64,000 bases of DNA from Candidatus Krumholzibacteriota bacterium (GTDB taxonomy: Bacteria > Krumholzibacteriota > Krumholzibacteriia > JAJRXK01). The stretch is taken from positions 32,001-96,000 of the forward strand of contig CAVSGG010000007.1 in NCBI GenBank assembly GCA_963727455.1, in the 5' to 3' direction. The notes below the pieces were generated by a model that made no database searches, was not told where the DNA came from, and worked only from the letters and a program-made list of their open reading frames with translations. Shown in pieces: positions 11,724-21,884 of this stretch. Within the stretch, counting starts at the first letter, position 1. Each line of letters opens with the position of its first letter. A program made the position numbers and the translations under genes.

Positions 11724-13102
11724 GACGGCGTGCCGTTCTCCCCTTGGTCGTGGTCATGCTCTTGGCCGCGATCCTCTTTCTGTGGGACCTTCCGCACCAG
11801 GGCCGTCAAGAGCGGCGCGAAGAATCAACGCTCCAGCTCAGCAAACTCGATCCCGAGCTGGTCGATACCCTGCGCATCCATCAACCCGACAATCTAATAA
11901 GTCTGGTTCGCTACCAGGGTCACTGGTGGCTCCGTACTCCGGTGAACGAGCGCGCAGACGACGACGCGAGCCGCGGGATGATCTCTGCCCTGTGCCGGGC
12001 ACGAGCCATGAAGGTGGTGAGGAGCGAGGTTGATACGACGGCTTTGGAGGCCTATGGCCTGGGGGGAATCCGCCGTCCCTCGCATTGGATCGAGCTGGTC
12101 GAGGCGGGCAAGACCCCGCTCATCTATTGGATCGGTCGAGAGAATCCCAGTGACAAGGGCAGCTACCTGCGTGTTGGGGGACGTCGCGAGGTCTTGCTGG
12201 TGCAGAAAGCCCTGGCCGAGTTGGCGCGGACCTCTTTCGAAGCGCTGCGCATCTACGACCTCTTCGATTACAAGACCGAGGACATCGTACAGATCGAGTT
12301 GCATACGAACAAAGCCTCCTTCAAGGCCAAGCGCGACGAACGGGGGCTATGGTTCACGACAGGCGACAATCCTCGTCAGCTCAAGCGACGCGACCTTTAT
12401 GCTCTGATCTACGATCTCGTGCACGCCCGCATCATCCGCTACGTGGCTGACGACGTGAGTGACTCGGTATTCTATGGTTACGGATTGAGTCAACCCATTC
12501 TGGATCTTCGCTTTCTCGCGAAGGGAAACTCGCACCGTCTGCGCTTGGGGAACGTGGACGAATATGGAGTGAACTACGCGCGGCGGGACGAGGAGCGCAC
12601 CCTCATCACCATCAGCTCGAAGATTCTCGAGAGTGGCGACAAGAGCTATGCGGAATTGCTCGAGACGAACCCGGTCCCTTTGAACTACACCTTGCTGGAC
12701 AGTATCCGCGTGATTTGGAAGACCGGGGAAGAGGTGACCGCCATTCCTGGGTACCGCCGAGAGTGGAGGCTTCGCCCGCCCCCAGGTTTCAGCGGCAAGA
12801 AAGAGTCTCTTCTCGTTGCGGCGCAGAATCTCAGATACGGAGTCGAGGAGCTGCAGTCCGATTCCCGCGTGCAACTGAGTTCACCGGATCAGCTGCACAA
12901 ATTTCTCGAAGTAACGAAGGTGCGCTGTGAGCTCTACTGGCCCGACAAGACGGTGGCCTACCAGATCGGCTGGAGAAAGAACGAGGAACAAAACTGGTTG
13001 CACATCCTGGGGGACGATACGGTGTACCGGATTCCGCGCGATCTCTTCTTTCGTCTCCGGGGGGCGTTGTTGACCGTAAAGCTCATAGATCCGCATTCGT
13101 AG
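11720..13102 (+). CDS. DUF4340-like periplasmic protein
   Basis: N-terminal TM helix; repeated YGL...P...IG/LG units; usual position after GldG; ATGA coupling. Confidence 0.72.
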   Translation: MRRRAVLPLVVVMLLAAILFLWDLPHQGRQERREESTLQLSKLDPELVDTLRIHQPDNLISLVRYQGHWWLRTPVNERADDDASRGMISALCRARAMKVVRSEVDTTALEAYGLGGIRRPSHWIELVEAGKTPLIYWIGRENPSDKGSYLRVGGRREVLLVQKALAELARTSFEALRIYDLFDYKTEDIVQIELHTNKASFKAKRDERGLWFTTGDNPRQLKRRDLYALIYDLVHARIIRYVADDVSDSVFYGYGLSQPILDLRFLAKGNSHRLRLGNVDEYGVNYARRDEERTLITISSKILESGDKSYAELLETNPVPLNYTLLDSIRVIWKTGEEVTAIPGYRREWRLRPPPGFSGKKESLLVAAQNLRYGVEELQSDSRVQLSSPDQLHKFLEVTKVRCELYWPDKTVAYQIGWRKNEEQNWLHILGDDTVYRIPRDLFFRLRGALLTVKLIDPHS

Positions 13103-13237
13103 GCGCGGGGAGACGCCACTTTCATCCGGGCCGCGGTCTATCTTATATTGTTGCAGTCGTTGGTGGGCCTCGCGTCCCGTTTTCTCGAGCTCCACTCACG
13201 CCGAAATAAGCTGCTTTTGCCATCGAGAGGAACACGA

Positions 13238-14248
13238 GTGCGCTCCAAATCGATTCTTCTGCTCGCTCTGCTCACGGCATTCTTCGGCGCCGGTGGATCT
13301 TGCTCGAATTCGAGCACCGGAGTTCCCTACGAGCGGCAAACCGGGGTCGAGTTCAGCGCCACCGAACTCTGGCCCCTTCGCTCCGGCCAGGGCTTCTACG
13401 AACTCTGGTTGGGAGTTCCCGCCAGTGCTCCGGGAGAGGGACAAGAGCCCTGGGAGGTTCCGCAAGAGTGGCACTCGGTGGTCGCCTTCCGCTATGACGG
13501 CGACGCGAAATTACGCGACCTCAGCGGCGAGCTGCTGGCGCGCGCGCCTTTGCCCGATGGACTGAATAGCGATGCCATCGCGCGCGCGGCGCTCAGCTAT
13601 CAGCCCCAGTCCGACGAGGGAGTAGCGCATTCCATCGGCATGATGCTGAGCGTCGGCGATTTTGTTTCCGGAGGGAGGACCATCTCCACCCCGCTTTCCT
13701 GGGACAGCTCTGCCATCATCGACAAGGAGTTGAGGGAACCCGAGGGCAGCTTCAGGCTTCTTGCCGCGACTGCCGAGGGCGGAGAAAGTTTGCCCGAAGG
13801 GGTGTGGTTCTACGATCCGGCCGTTCCTGAGACTCCATCACTCAATTTGGGCGCAGCGCTGCCCCATGAATTCGTCTACGAGGCTTGGGTGTTTCAGAGC
13901 GCGACTACCACTCTCTATCCCTCGCAGCTCTATTCTCTGGGCCGCTTCAGCTCGGCCGAAGGACCCGACAGCGACGGCGCCGGGCCCTACTCGGTTCCCG
14001 GCATCTTTCCACCCCAGTTTCCCGGACAGGATTTCGTGCAGGACGTGGTACTGACCCTGAACGATGGAAGCTGGACGGTGATGGTGACCATCGAACCCAA
14101 GGATGACCCCGAGCCGGCGGTACCCTCGAGTTTGCGTATCCTACAGGACACGATTTCGGTCATCGACGGCGTCAGTCTGCCCATCGCTCTTTCCAATCGC
14201 GCCCAGAACGATCGCCTCCCCAAGGGCGTCGTGACCGTGGTTCGGTGA
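13238..14248 (+). CDS. Lipoprotein of unknown function
   Basis: Signal peptide ending GGS-C; YEAW...SLGRF...GPYS...PPQFPGQDF...TIEP. Confidence 0.7.
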   Translation: MRSKSILLLALLTAFFGAGGSCSNSSTGVPYERQTGVEFSATELWPLRSGQGFYELWLGVPASAPGEGQEPWEVPQEWHSVVAFRYDGDAKLRDLSGELLARAPLPDGLNSDAIARAALSYQPQSDEGVAHSIGMMLSVGDFVSGGRTISTPLSWDSSAIIDKELREPEGSFRLLAATAEGGESLPEGVWFYDPAVPETPSLNLGAALPHEFVYEAWVFQSATTTLYPSQLYSLGRFSSAEGPDSDGAGPYSVPGIFPPQFPGQDFVQDVVLTLNDGSWTVMVTIEPKDDPEPAVPSSLRILQDTISVIDGVSLPIALSNRAQNDRLPKGVVTVVR

Positions 14249-15618
14249 GTACATCCCCGCTGTCGCGCAGTCTTGGTCTGGGTCGCAGTATCGCGCTCAG
14301 CGTGGGAGTGGTCGTGGGTTCGGGGATCTTCGTCCTTCCCGCCTTCGTCGCCGGCCAGCTCTCCACTCCCGCCGCGTTTCTCTCGGTATGGCAACTGGGG
14401 GCGCTGCTCGCCCTCTGTTCCGCCTTGAGCTACGCGGAATTGGCCACCCTCTTTCCTTCGACCGGAGGCTACGTCGTCTATCTGCGGCGCATCTTCGGCA
14501 CGCGCATGGCGTTCGTCTACGGTTGGGCCGCTCTCTTCGTGCTCTATCCCAGCAGCATCGCCGGGCTGGCCCGCGTGAGCGGACGGTCCTTCGCACAGCT
14601 TCTGGGTACAAAGGAGAGTTTCGTCACTCCGCTCGCCGGTGTGGTCGTTCTCTCGGCTACCGCGATCAACCTGGCCAAAGTGGTGGCCAGTACGCGCTTC
14701 ACCGCGGTGCTCAGCAGCATTAAATTGGGCGCCTTGCTCGTGCTCGCGGTCGTGGGACTCATGGTGGCTTTCGGACTTTGGCCCTGGGCTCCCTCGGGTG
14801 TCTCTGCCGGAGCGTTGAAGTCTGCCGCCGGCGCAGGAGCGCTTGCTGAAACGTCCTCCACGGTTCTCGGAGTAAGAGCGTGGTTCTTGGGACTGGTTGG
14901 CGTGCTCTGGTGTTACGAGGGGTTTCTCGAGATCGTGGTGGTGGCAGGGGAGGTGCGGCAGCCCTCACGCACCTTGGTTCGCGCCTTGGTGGCGAGCGTG
15001 TTGCTCATCGCGCTCGTGTACGGCGGATACACCCTCGCCCTGCAGCTCGATCTCGGACTTTCGAGAGTCGCGGCGTCACCCACTGTCGCAGCGGAACTCG
15101 CGCGAGTCCTGTTCGGACCGAGGGCATCCTGGATCATGAACGCGGTGGTGTTGCTCGCCACTTTTTCCGCAGCGCAGGTGCTACTCTTCAGCGGCCCCCG
15201 ACTGCTGATCGGTCTGGCCGAGAGCGGAGTGATCGATCCCAAGCTCGCGCGGCTCGGCTTCAAGAGACAAGTTCCCGTGCTCGCCGTGCTCGTCTGCGGT
15301 TCCGTTGCGTTGATCTACGCGTTGGCGGGCGAGTTTGAGGAATTGGTCAAGTACTTCGCCTTTGCCACGGGGATCTTCTCCTCCCTCATCCTGTTCGGCG
15401 GCATCTGGCTGCGTGCGCGCGGGCGAGTACCCAAGAAGGCCAGGCGAATTCCGATCTGGCCCCTGCCTTCCATCCTGGCGATCGTCGCGGCCCTGGGTGG
15501 CAGCTTCTGGGTTCTGCGCGACCAGCCGCGTTCGTCCTTGATTGGGCTGGCACTCATGCTGTGTTCCCTGCCATTGTGGCGCTTCTTCGGCAGCCAGAGT
15601 CCGCCCTCGCCCGAGTGA
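14245..15618 (+). CDS. APC-family amino acid permease
   Basis: VGVVVGSGIF, YAELAT.FP.TGG.VVYL, GEVRQP; ~12 TM segments. Confidence 0.9.
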   Translation: MSTSPLSRSLGLGRSIALSVGVVVGSGIFVLPAFVAGQLSTPAAFLSVWQLGALLALCSALSYAELATLFPSTGGYVVYLRRIFGTRMAFVYGWAALFVLYPSSIAGLARVSGRSFAQLLGTKESFVTPLAGVVVLSATAINLAKVVASTRFTAVLSSIKLGALLVLAVVGLMVAFGLWPWAPSGVSAGALKSAAGAGALAETSSTVLGVRAWFLGLVGVLWCYEGFLEIVVVAGEVRQPSRTLVRALVASVLLIALVYGGYTLALQLDLGLSRVAASPTVAAELARVLFGPRASWIMNAVVLLATFSAAQVLLFSGPRLLIGLAESGVIDPKLARLGFKRQVPVLAVLVCGSVALIYALAGEFEELVKYFAFATGIFSSLILFGGIWLRARGRVPKKARRIPIWPLPSILAIVAALGGSFWVLRDQPRSSLIGLALMLCSLPLWRFFGSQSPPSPE

Positions 15619-15692
15619 AAAACCGGGACTCGTCAGACGCGCAGCAGTGACCTAAGATCGGTGCCGTCAAGGGATCAGAGCCGGGAGAATTC

Positions 15693-16076
15693 ATGTACCG
15701 TCTACTTTCCATCGCCGCCGGCGGAGCCGTGGGCGCTAGCTTGCGCTACATGGTGTCCGGCCTGGTGCACCGGACAGCCAGCGCGTCCTTCCCCTGGGGA
15801 ACTCTCGTAGTCAACGTCTTGGGTTGCTTCGTACTGGGGCTCTTGGGCACCGCCATCGCGGGACCTCTACTGATGCGCGAGGAGCTTCGGCTGAGTCTGC
15901 TGGTGGGGCTCTTGGGCGCCTTTACCACCTTCTCTACCTTCGGCTGGGAGACCATGATGCTCTTGTCGAACGGACGCTGGGCGCTGGCCGCCGGGAATCT
16001 TCTTTTGAGCAACGGGCTGGGACTCTTGGCCGTCTTCTGCGGTTACCGCCTGGCGCAGCGAATCTGGGGGATTTGA
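15693..16076 (+). CDS. crcB: Fluoride efflux channel Fluc/CrcB
   Basis: GGAVGASLRY, FPWGTLVVN, GLLGAFTTFSTF. Confidence 0.96.
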   Translation: MYRLLSIAAGGAVGASLRYMVSGLVHRTASASFPWGTLVVNVLGCFVLGLLGTAIAGPLLMREELRLSLLVGLLGAFTTFSTFGWETMMLLSNGRWALAAGNLLLSNGLGLLAVFCGYRLAQRIWGI

Positions 16077-16077
16077 G

Positions 16078-16443
16078 ATGAACGCCATCGAACCCATTCC
16101 ACAACGGTCTTGGTTGCTGCGGATCTTCCTGGGAGAGGGAGATCGCTATCAGAGTAAGCCGCTATTCGAGATCATCGTGAAAAAAGCCAAAGAGATGGGT
16201 CTTGCCGGCGCCACCGTTTTGCGCGGTTCCATGGGCTTTGGAGCTCACAGCCGCCTGCACACTGCGCGCGTCCTGCGGCTCTCGGAAGACCTTCCCATCG
16301 TCATCGAAATCGTGGACGAAAGAAAGAAGATCGACCGCCTCCTCGCGGAGGCGGCCGAGATTCTCTCCGGGGGTTTGGTCACCCTCGAACGCGTCACCGT
16401 CGTGCGCTATTCACCGCACGAGGAGAAGCCGATCGAGAACTAA
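16078..16443 (+). CDS. DUF190 (PII-like) protein
   Basis: LLRIFLGEGD, GLAGATVLRG.MGFG, LSEDLPIVIEIVD; usual crcB neighbour. Confidence 0.9.
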   Translation: MNAIEPIPQRSWLLRIFLGEGDRYQSKPLFEIIVKKAKEMGLAGATVLRGSMGFGAHSRLHTARVLRLSEDLPIVIEIVDERKKIDRLLAEAAEILSGGLVTLERVTVVRYSPHEEKPIEN

Positions 16444-16497
16444 CGACCGCGCGGATAGGGCGGACGCTTCGGCAGCGGCTTCTGCTCGGCCAGCTCC

Positions 16498-16590
16498 TTC
16501 GGGATCGACGCCGTGATTCTCCACGATCCACTCGCCGCCACTTCCCGCAAACTCGTTCACCAAGAGGACTTTGGGCCCGAACATGGTGTC
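16498..16590 (-). pseudogene. Remnant of tricorn-like S41 protease C-terminus, internally deleted
   Basis: Translates DTMFGPKVLLVNEFAGSGGEWIVENHGVDPE: two tricorn motifs fused directly. Confidence 0.6.
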
Positions 16591-16665
16591 AGGTGGCCCC
16601 AGAGAGAGTTGCAGAGCTCGAGGCACCGAAGAACGAACTCGAGCGAGGCACTCTTCGAGTCTCGC

Positions 16666-18093
16666 TCAGTAGCCCTTCTGACGCACGCGGTCAAGATCCA
16701 TGCCGCCTCGCGCGAAGAGTTCTCGCAGGGAGCTTTCGTCCAAACGCGGCGGAATCGGCGGCGCCTCATGCGCCAGTGCCCACAGCGCCGCGCTCACGAG
16801 TTCCGCACTGCGCGCCAATCCCTCCGGATCCACGGCATCCAGGCGGTCGTAGACCGTGTGGATGCGTTCGCGTGCTTTTTCTCCCCGGTGGTAGGCCAGG
16901 GTGAAGGAAGGATATCCCGCCAGAAGAAAGGGCATGTGGTCGCTGTACAGGTCGAGCCGTTCCACCACTCCCAGATCCAGACCCAGGTCACGGTGCTCCA
17001 ACACGAGTCGATTCAAAAGGGGAGCCAGGGCCCTTCCCGAGTGGATCACGAATCCGGCGGGACTCTCACACATCTCCAAATTGAGAACCAAGTCGGGCGG
17101 TGACTCCTCGCCTTTTTCCACCCGCGTCAGATAGGCGCGGCTTCCTTCCAACCCGAGTTCTTCGCCGGTGAACAGTACGAAACGAATGGTACGTTCCAGC
17201 CCCGTCGCCCTTGAGCGCGCGAGTCGGGCACTTAGGAGGCGCGCAGTCTCGAGCAAGACACAGACTCCCGCTCCGTTGTCCAAGGCTCCCTGCCCGAGGT
17301 TCCAGGCATCGAGATGAGCGCTCACCAGGATCTGCCCTGCCGCTGGCTCGCTCCCCGGCAGCTCGGCAAGGAGGTTCGCCGAGGAGATCTCACGCCACGC
17401 GCCGCGAGCGCAGTTGCCTATGGTGAGAGAGATGGAAGGATTGTCTGCCAGCTCCTCTCGTACCGTCGAGATACGCGGTCCGCTGTAGGCGGGAATTCTG
17501 GACAGTCCCTTCCAGGCCACCACTCCCTGAATTTCGCATTGCAGTGGGCTCAAAAAGAGCACACCGGCCGCGCCTGCGGAAGCGGCCAGGTCCACCTTTT
17601 GGAGACGGTGAATCACTACCTCCTGATCCAAATTCACCGATTCCACGAGAACGACGCTGCCCGGTATGGACAGGGCCGCCGCGTGGAACTCCGCCGGGGT
17701 GCCACGTCCCAGATCGAGCAATCTGTGGCCACCCGAGAGAGTCCCGCCGCTCGCCCCCAGAGAGTGGAGCGTGAGAGCCGAGAAACTCCGGTCACCGTCC
17801 CGTAAGCGCACATGAAGCGTGTCAGGGAGGAAACGATGGACCGTCACTTCTTGACGGTGAGGGGTCAAGCTAATGGCGCGCAGGACCTGCTCCGAGTACT
17901 CGAGGGCTTCCTCGTAGCCGGGAGTGCCGGGGACGCGCCCTCCCTTCAGCGAGCACAGCGCCTGTAGGTCCTTGGCGATCCGTGCGGCGGAAGGCGAGCG
18001 CGCCTCGCTCGCGGCCAGCGGATCGGGCAGGGCAAGCTGCGTAGCGAGGACGACAGCAAACGCGAATCCCACGAACGACCCGAGTGTTCTCAT
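16666..18093 (-). CDS. Secreted M28-family peptidase with PA domain
   Basis: Signal peptide; SAHLD, GALDNGAG, FTGEELGLEGS, NLEM, SDH, IHT.YD. Confidence 0.9.
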   Translation of the reverse strand: MRTLGSFVGFAFAVVLATQLALPDPLAASEARSPSAARIAKDLQALCSLKGGRVPGTPGYEEALEYSEQVLRAISLTPHRQEVTVHRFLPDTLHVRLRDGDRSFSALTLHSLGASGGTLSGGHRLLDLGRGTPAEFHAAALSIPGSVVLVESVNLDQEVVIHRLQKVDLAASAGAAGVLFLSPLQCEIQGVVAWKGLSRIPAYSGPRISTVREELADNPSISLTIGNCARGAWREISSANLLAELPGSEPAAGQILVSAHLDAWNLGQGALDNGAGVCVLLETARLLSARLARSRATGLERTIRFVLFTGEELGLEGSRAYLTRVEKGEESPPDLVLNLEMCESPAGFVIHSGRALAPLLNRLVLEHRDLGLDLGVVERLDLYSDHMPFLLAGYPSFTLAYHRGEKARERIHTVYDRLDAVDPEGLARSAELVSAALWALAHEAPPIPPRLDESSLRELFARGGMDLDRVRQKGY

Positions 18094-20270
18094 TGGCTCG
18101 TCCCTTCCTCGCGCAAGCTCAGGATCTCGACTTCGCCGCGGCTACCATCCACGCGGACGCGTTTGACCGGCGCCAAAGAGGTGCAAGCGCCGGGCAGAAC
18201 CAGAGCGGGGATTTTCTTCTCGCGCGCCAGCACCGCGGCGTGTCCCAACACCGGGCCGCTCTCGCAGATGAGAGCGGCACAGCGCGAGAACACGATGGCG
18301 TCGGCGGGCAGAACCGAGGGAACCACCAGAACCGCCCCCCACGGCGGTCCCCCGGCGGATTGGGCCGAAGGCAGGATACACAGCTCGCCGCTCGCGCGCC
18401 CTTCGGCCAAAGCCTTTCCCTGCAAGATGCTTCCCCTCTGAATTCCTTCTTTCTCGCGCGGATGTTCGCGCGAGAACTCGCTCTCCCAGCGTGCCATGAG
18501 AGTCTTCCCGCGCGCGAGCGCACGCGCGAAATACTCCGCGCGCTTTGCGGGCGCGCAGCTGAGAAGTTCTTCGAGATCGTCGGGAAGCAACTCCAGGATT
18601 TCGGCCGATTCCGCCTCGGGCTCGAGCCAGGCTTGAAGGTCGAGTGCGCAGCCGCGGAAGAGGGCATAGGCGCGAGCCAGGAGATCGTCGTCGTCCTCCA
18701 GATACGCGAAAGCGCGCGCCGCCAGTTGTGCGACGGAGTTCAGTTCACCGCCGCGACTCTCGTGCGGCGCTTCGTGGGGGACCGCTCGTTCGCCTGCGGT
18801 CATCGAATCCGCGCGGCGCTTTAGCTCCTCCAAGAGCGGTGCCGCATCTTCCTGCCAGGGTACGGACCGGCCATCGGAAGGACCGGGGGCGACATGGCCG
18901 TGCCGCGCGAGGAAGTTCTCGAGGGCGCGATCTCTCTCCTCTTCGTCCATCTTCCCAAAGCGCATAGCGAGCCGGTCCAACTCCCTTTCGCGACGATCGG
19001 CAATGGTCGAGGGAAGCGGGGGCAGGGATTGACCCGAATGCTCCAGTTCTTCGCTCAGCGCCGCGGCCAGCTGGCGCAAGCTAGAGGCAGAACCGTCGAA
19101 GTACCGATCCTGCCAGGCCAGCCAGCCCTTCACGAACTCTGGCCAGGAGGAGGGAGAGGAAAGCGGAGAGTACCGCGCCGCAAGTTCTTGCAGTCCGCGT
19201 TCGAGCTCCGGCAGGCGGCGCTCATTCCAGTCGCGCAGAGCTTTCCGCAAGGAAGCCTCCGCTCGCGAAGGTTCTACCACCCGCTCCTTCTGTTCGCGAG
19301 CCGCCGCTTCGTACCATCGTCCGTGAATCACTCGCGCAGGATACTTCTCCCCCTTTCTTTTGATCCACTCAACGAAGATGCCGGCCAAGAGGGGGCACAA
19401 AGGTCCCGGGGAGTGCGCGGCGTCATGCTCCCACCGTGTTCTCATGTCGCCCCGAAAGAGAGGGAAATCGTGGAACGGCGGATCTTCTCTCGGTGTCGTC
19501 TCGCGCCGTGCCGCGCGCGTGCGCAAAGGAGAACGCTGCCCCACTGGCCGACGCTGCAGGAGTATTGGTCCCTGCGCGCTCGTCCCCAGCTCCAGGAGCC
19601 AAATTCCGACTTCCTCTTCGACGGCTCTCTGGGCCAGAGACAACACCGCCGCGATCGATTCGCGGTAAGTCTGAAGTTCTGCATCCTTCTCAGAGAGCGC
19701 TTTCTCGAACTCGGTCGTAGCGCTTGCGAAGGAAAAATCGAAATCGAAAGGCAGGAGGCCTTCGGCGGAATGCACCCTTCCTTCGACGCGCATTCGCCGC
19801 TCCTTTCCTGCCCGCAACTCGCATTCGATAGTGGCCCAAATCCGAAGCGCCAGATGTTCCTGAGCGAGTACCGCGAGTGTCACCGCCTCTGCTGGAGTTC
19901 GCAGTAAGCTGGCCAGATGCGGATTGCGTGCACTGTCCGCCATTTCGCGCAAGGCGTGCGCGAGGCTCTCTTCGTTGGCATCACTGGGAATGCTCTCAAA
20001 GAGCCCGGCCGCGCTCGATTCCGCTCGATCCTCCAAGGGAGAGGAGGAACGCAGCAGGAACCGCTCGATTTTGGGAGCGAGTTCCAGCAACTCGCGCGCG
20101 GCGAGGGTGGCCCGTTCCGCCTCTTCGCGGAGGCTTGCGAGCTGCGGACAGGAGAGCACCCACGAAGCGGGGAGAGGGAGTCCTCTTTTCAGGGGAGAAA
20201 TCAGACGGATTGCTTTGTGCCCGAAGCGTTCGCTTCTCTTAGGATCAATCTCACTGAGTGGCATCCACAT
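18090..20270 (-). CDS. PEP-utilising enzyme family protein (RPH/PPS-like order: ATP-grasp, central domain, His swivel)
   Basis: FGHKA, RSSSPLED...SAAGLFES, LLQRRPV; C-terminal ESGPVLGHAAVLAREKKIPA...VDGSRGEV. Confidence 0.82.
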   Translation of the reverse strand: MWMPLSEIDPKRSERFGHKAIRLISPLKRGLPLPASWVLSCPQLASLREEAERATLAARELLELAPKIERFLLRSSSPLEDRAESSAAGLFESIPSDANEESLAHALREMADSARNPHLASLLRTPAEAVTLAVLAQEHLALRIWATIECELRAGKERRMRVEGRVHSAEGLLPFDFDFSFASATTEFEKALSEKDAELQTYRESIAAVLSLAQRAVEEEVGIWLLELGTSAQGPILLQRRPVGQRSPLRTRAARRETTPREDPPFHDFPLFRGDMRTRWEHDAAHSPGPLCPLLAGIFVEWIKRKGEKYPARVIHGRWYEAAAREQKERVVEPSRAEASLRKALRDWNERRLPELERGLQELAARYSPLSSPSSWPEFVKGWLAWQDRYFDGSASSLRQLAAALSEELEHSGQSLPPLPSTIADRRERELDRLAMRFGKMDEEERDRALENFLARHGHVAPGPSDGRSVPWQEDAAPLLEELKRRADSMTAGERAVPHEAPHESRGGELNSVAQLAARAFAYLEDDDDLLARAYALFRGCALDLQAWLEPEAESAEILELLPDDLEELLSCAPAKRAEYFARALARGKTLMARWESEFSREHPREKEGIQRGSILQGKALAEGRASGELCILPSAQSAGGPPWGAVLVVPSVLPADAIVFSRCAALICESGPVLGHAAVLAREKKIPALVLPGACTSLAPVKRVRVDGSRGEVEILSLREEGTSQ

Positions 20271-20292
20271 GGCCGCGGCCTTCCGCGGGACT

Positions 20293-21695
20293 TCAGCGAC
20301 CGGTGGGTTCGACCGACGCCTTCGTCATTTCCCGCTCCAGAACGATGGTATCGCTCTTCACGTCGGCGATGCGGTCGAGTTCGCCGCGCAGCTCGTCTCG
20401 CCTCTGCTCGAAAAGCGCCAGGCGGTCTCTTTCGATCGGTGCGGCCGGCGGCAGATCGAGTTTGCGCGGATTCAGCCAGCGCCCGTTGTGTTTCACCCGG
20501 TAGTCGAGATGCGGCGCCGTGGCCTTGCCGGTCATGCCGACGTAACCGATGAGGTCACCCTGCTTCACCCTCTGTCCAATGTGGAGGCTGCGGGCGAAGC
20601 CGGAGAGGTGCAGGTAGTAGGTCTGGTATCCGTTACCGTGGCGCAGACGCACGTATTTGCCGTTCCCCCGAGTGCGTTCGCGCTTCTGGACCGTGCCGTT
20701 GGCCGTTGCATACACCGGCGTACCGGTGGGAGCCGCATAGTCCACACCATAGTGCGGGCGATAGACGTGATCGATGGGATGAAAACGATGCCGGGAGAAA
20801 TTGCTGCTGATGCGGCTGTACTTGAGCGGCGCGCGCAAGAACTGCTTCTCGAGTGAGCCGCCCTCGCTGTCGTAGTACGCGGGGAAGCCCAGCTTGTTCT
20901 TGAACAAAAACGCCGAATAGGTGTGCCCCTTGTTGGTGAACGTGGCGGCTAGTATGCGGCCATCACGGACGCGCTTTCCCTCGCGGGAGAACTCCTCATA
21001 CACCAGTTTGAAGGTATCGCCCTGGCGAAGGTCACGGAAGAAGTCGATGTCCCAGCCCAAAATCTCGCTCAACTCGGTGGCAAGCTGCGGGTCCGCATTT
21101 TCGTCGACGAGCGCTTCGAAGAGGCTGGTCTTGATGACGCCCTTCACGCCCTGGACCTTGCGCTTCAGCGGATAGGCGCCGATCTCGGTCTTCCATCCCG
21201 AAGGTGTGCGCGTGGCGAGAAGGTAGTGTTCGCCATCCAATTCTGAATGAAAGGCAGTGAGAGCCTGGTTTTCGTTGCGTTGAATCCGAAAGCTGTCGCC
21301 GGCCTGCACCCGTCGAAAGTTCGATTGGGGTTTGCAGGCCTTCACCAGTCCCATGATGTCCTCGTGAGAGACTCCGGCTCCGCGCATGGCCACGTAGAAG
21401 GACTGTCCACGGCCGATAGTGATGCTCTCCCAACCTTCCCTTTCCATAGCGGAATCGAACCGAAGAGAGAATCGTTCGCCGTGGTGGCGTCCACATTCTG
21501 ATCGGCCAGGGAGGTCTGGGCATCGGCATCTTCAGGCGAGACGCGCGTGAGGCTGGTCAGGGAATCCTCCTCGAGCTCCGCGTTGCTCGTGGGCGCGTCT
21601 GCGTTTGCCGTGAAGGCGACGCCGAATCCGCCGACGCGGGCGTAGAACCACCCCAGGACGAGGAGCAGTGTGAAGATGCCGAGATAGCGACGCAT
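20293..21695 (-). CDS. M23 peptidoglycan DD-endopeptidase (MepM-like); frameshift near 21450
   Basis: N-terminal TM; WDIDFFRDLRQGD, FLRAPL, HYGVDYAAPTGTP, YLHL, APHLDY. Confidence 0.9.
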
Positions 21696-21732
21696 GAAAA
21701 GTTCTCCCTGACTCTGCCATTGCGTAGGGACA

Positions 21733-21748
21733 GGCAAATGCCGCGCCG
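21733..21748 (-). promoter_or_regulatory. Possible sigma54 -24/-12 site upstream of M23 gene
   Basis: Minus strand CGGCGCGGCATTTGCC (GG-N10-GC with TTGC). Confidence 0.3.
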
Positions 21749-21884
21749 AAATGGCGAGACGGGTACCACCCTATCCACACCGGGGCGAGCCTGCAAGCTC
21801 GAACCGGTGTTCGGGTAAGTTGTTTTGGACGTTGAAGATCCAGGGACTATCGTTGCCCAGGCACTTTTGGAGGGAGGGTTCTCC

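Noticed and set aside
15619-15692. Fluoride riboswitch upstream of crcB
   Set aside because: No GGCGATGG...CGCC / GCTGATGAC-type consensus is visible in the 74-bp gap.
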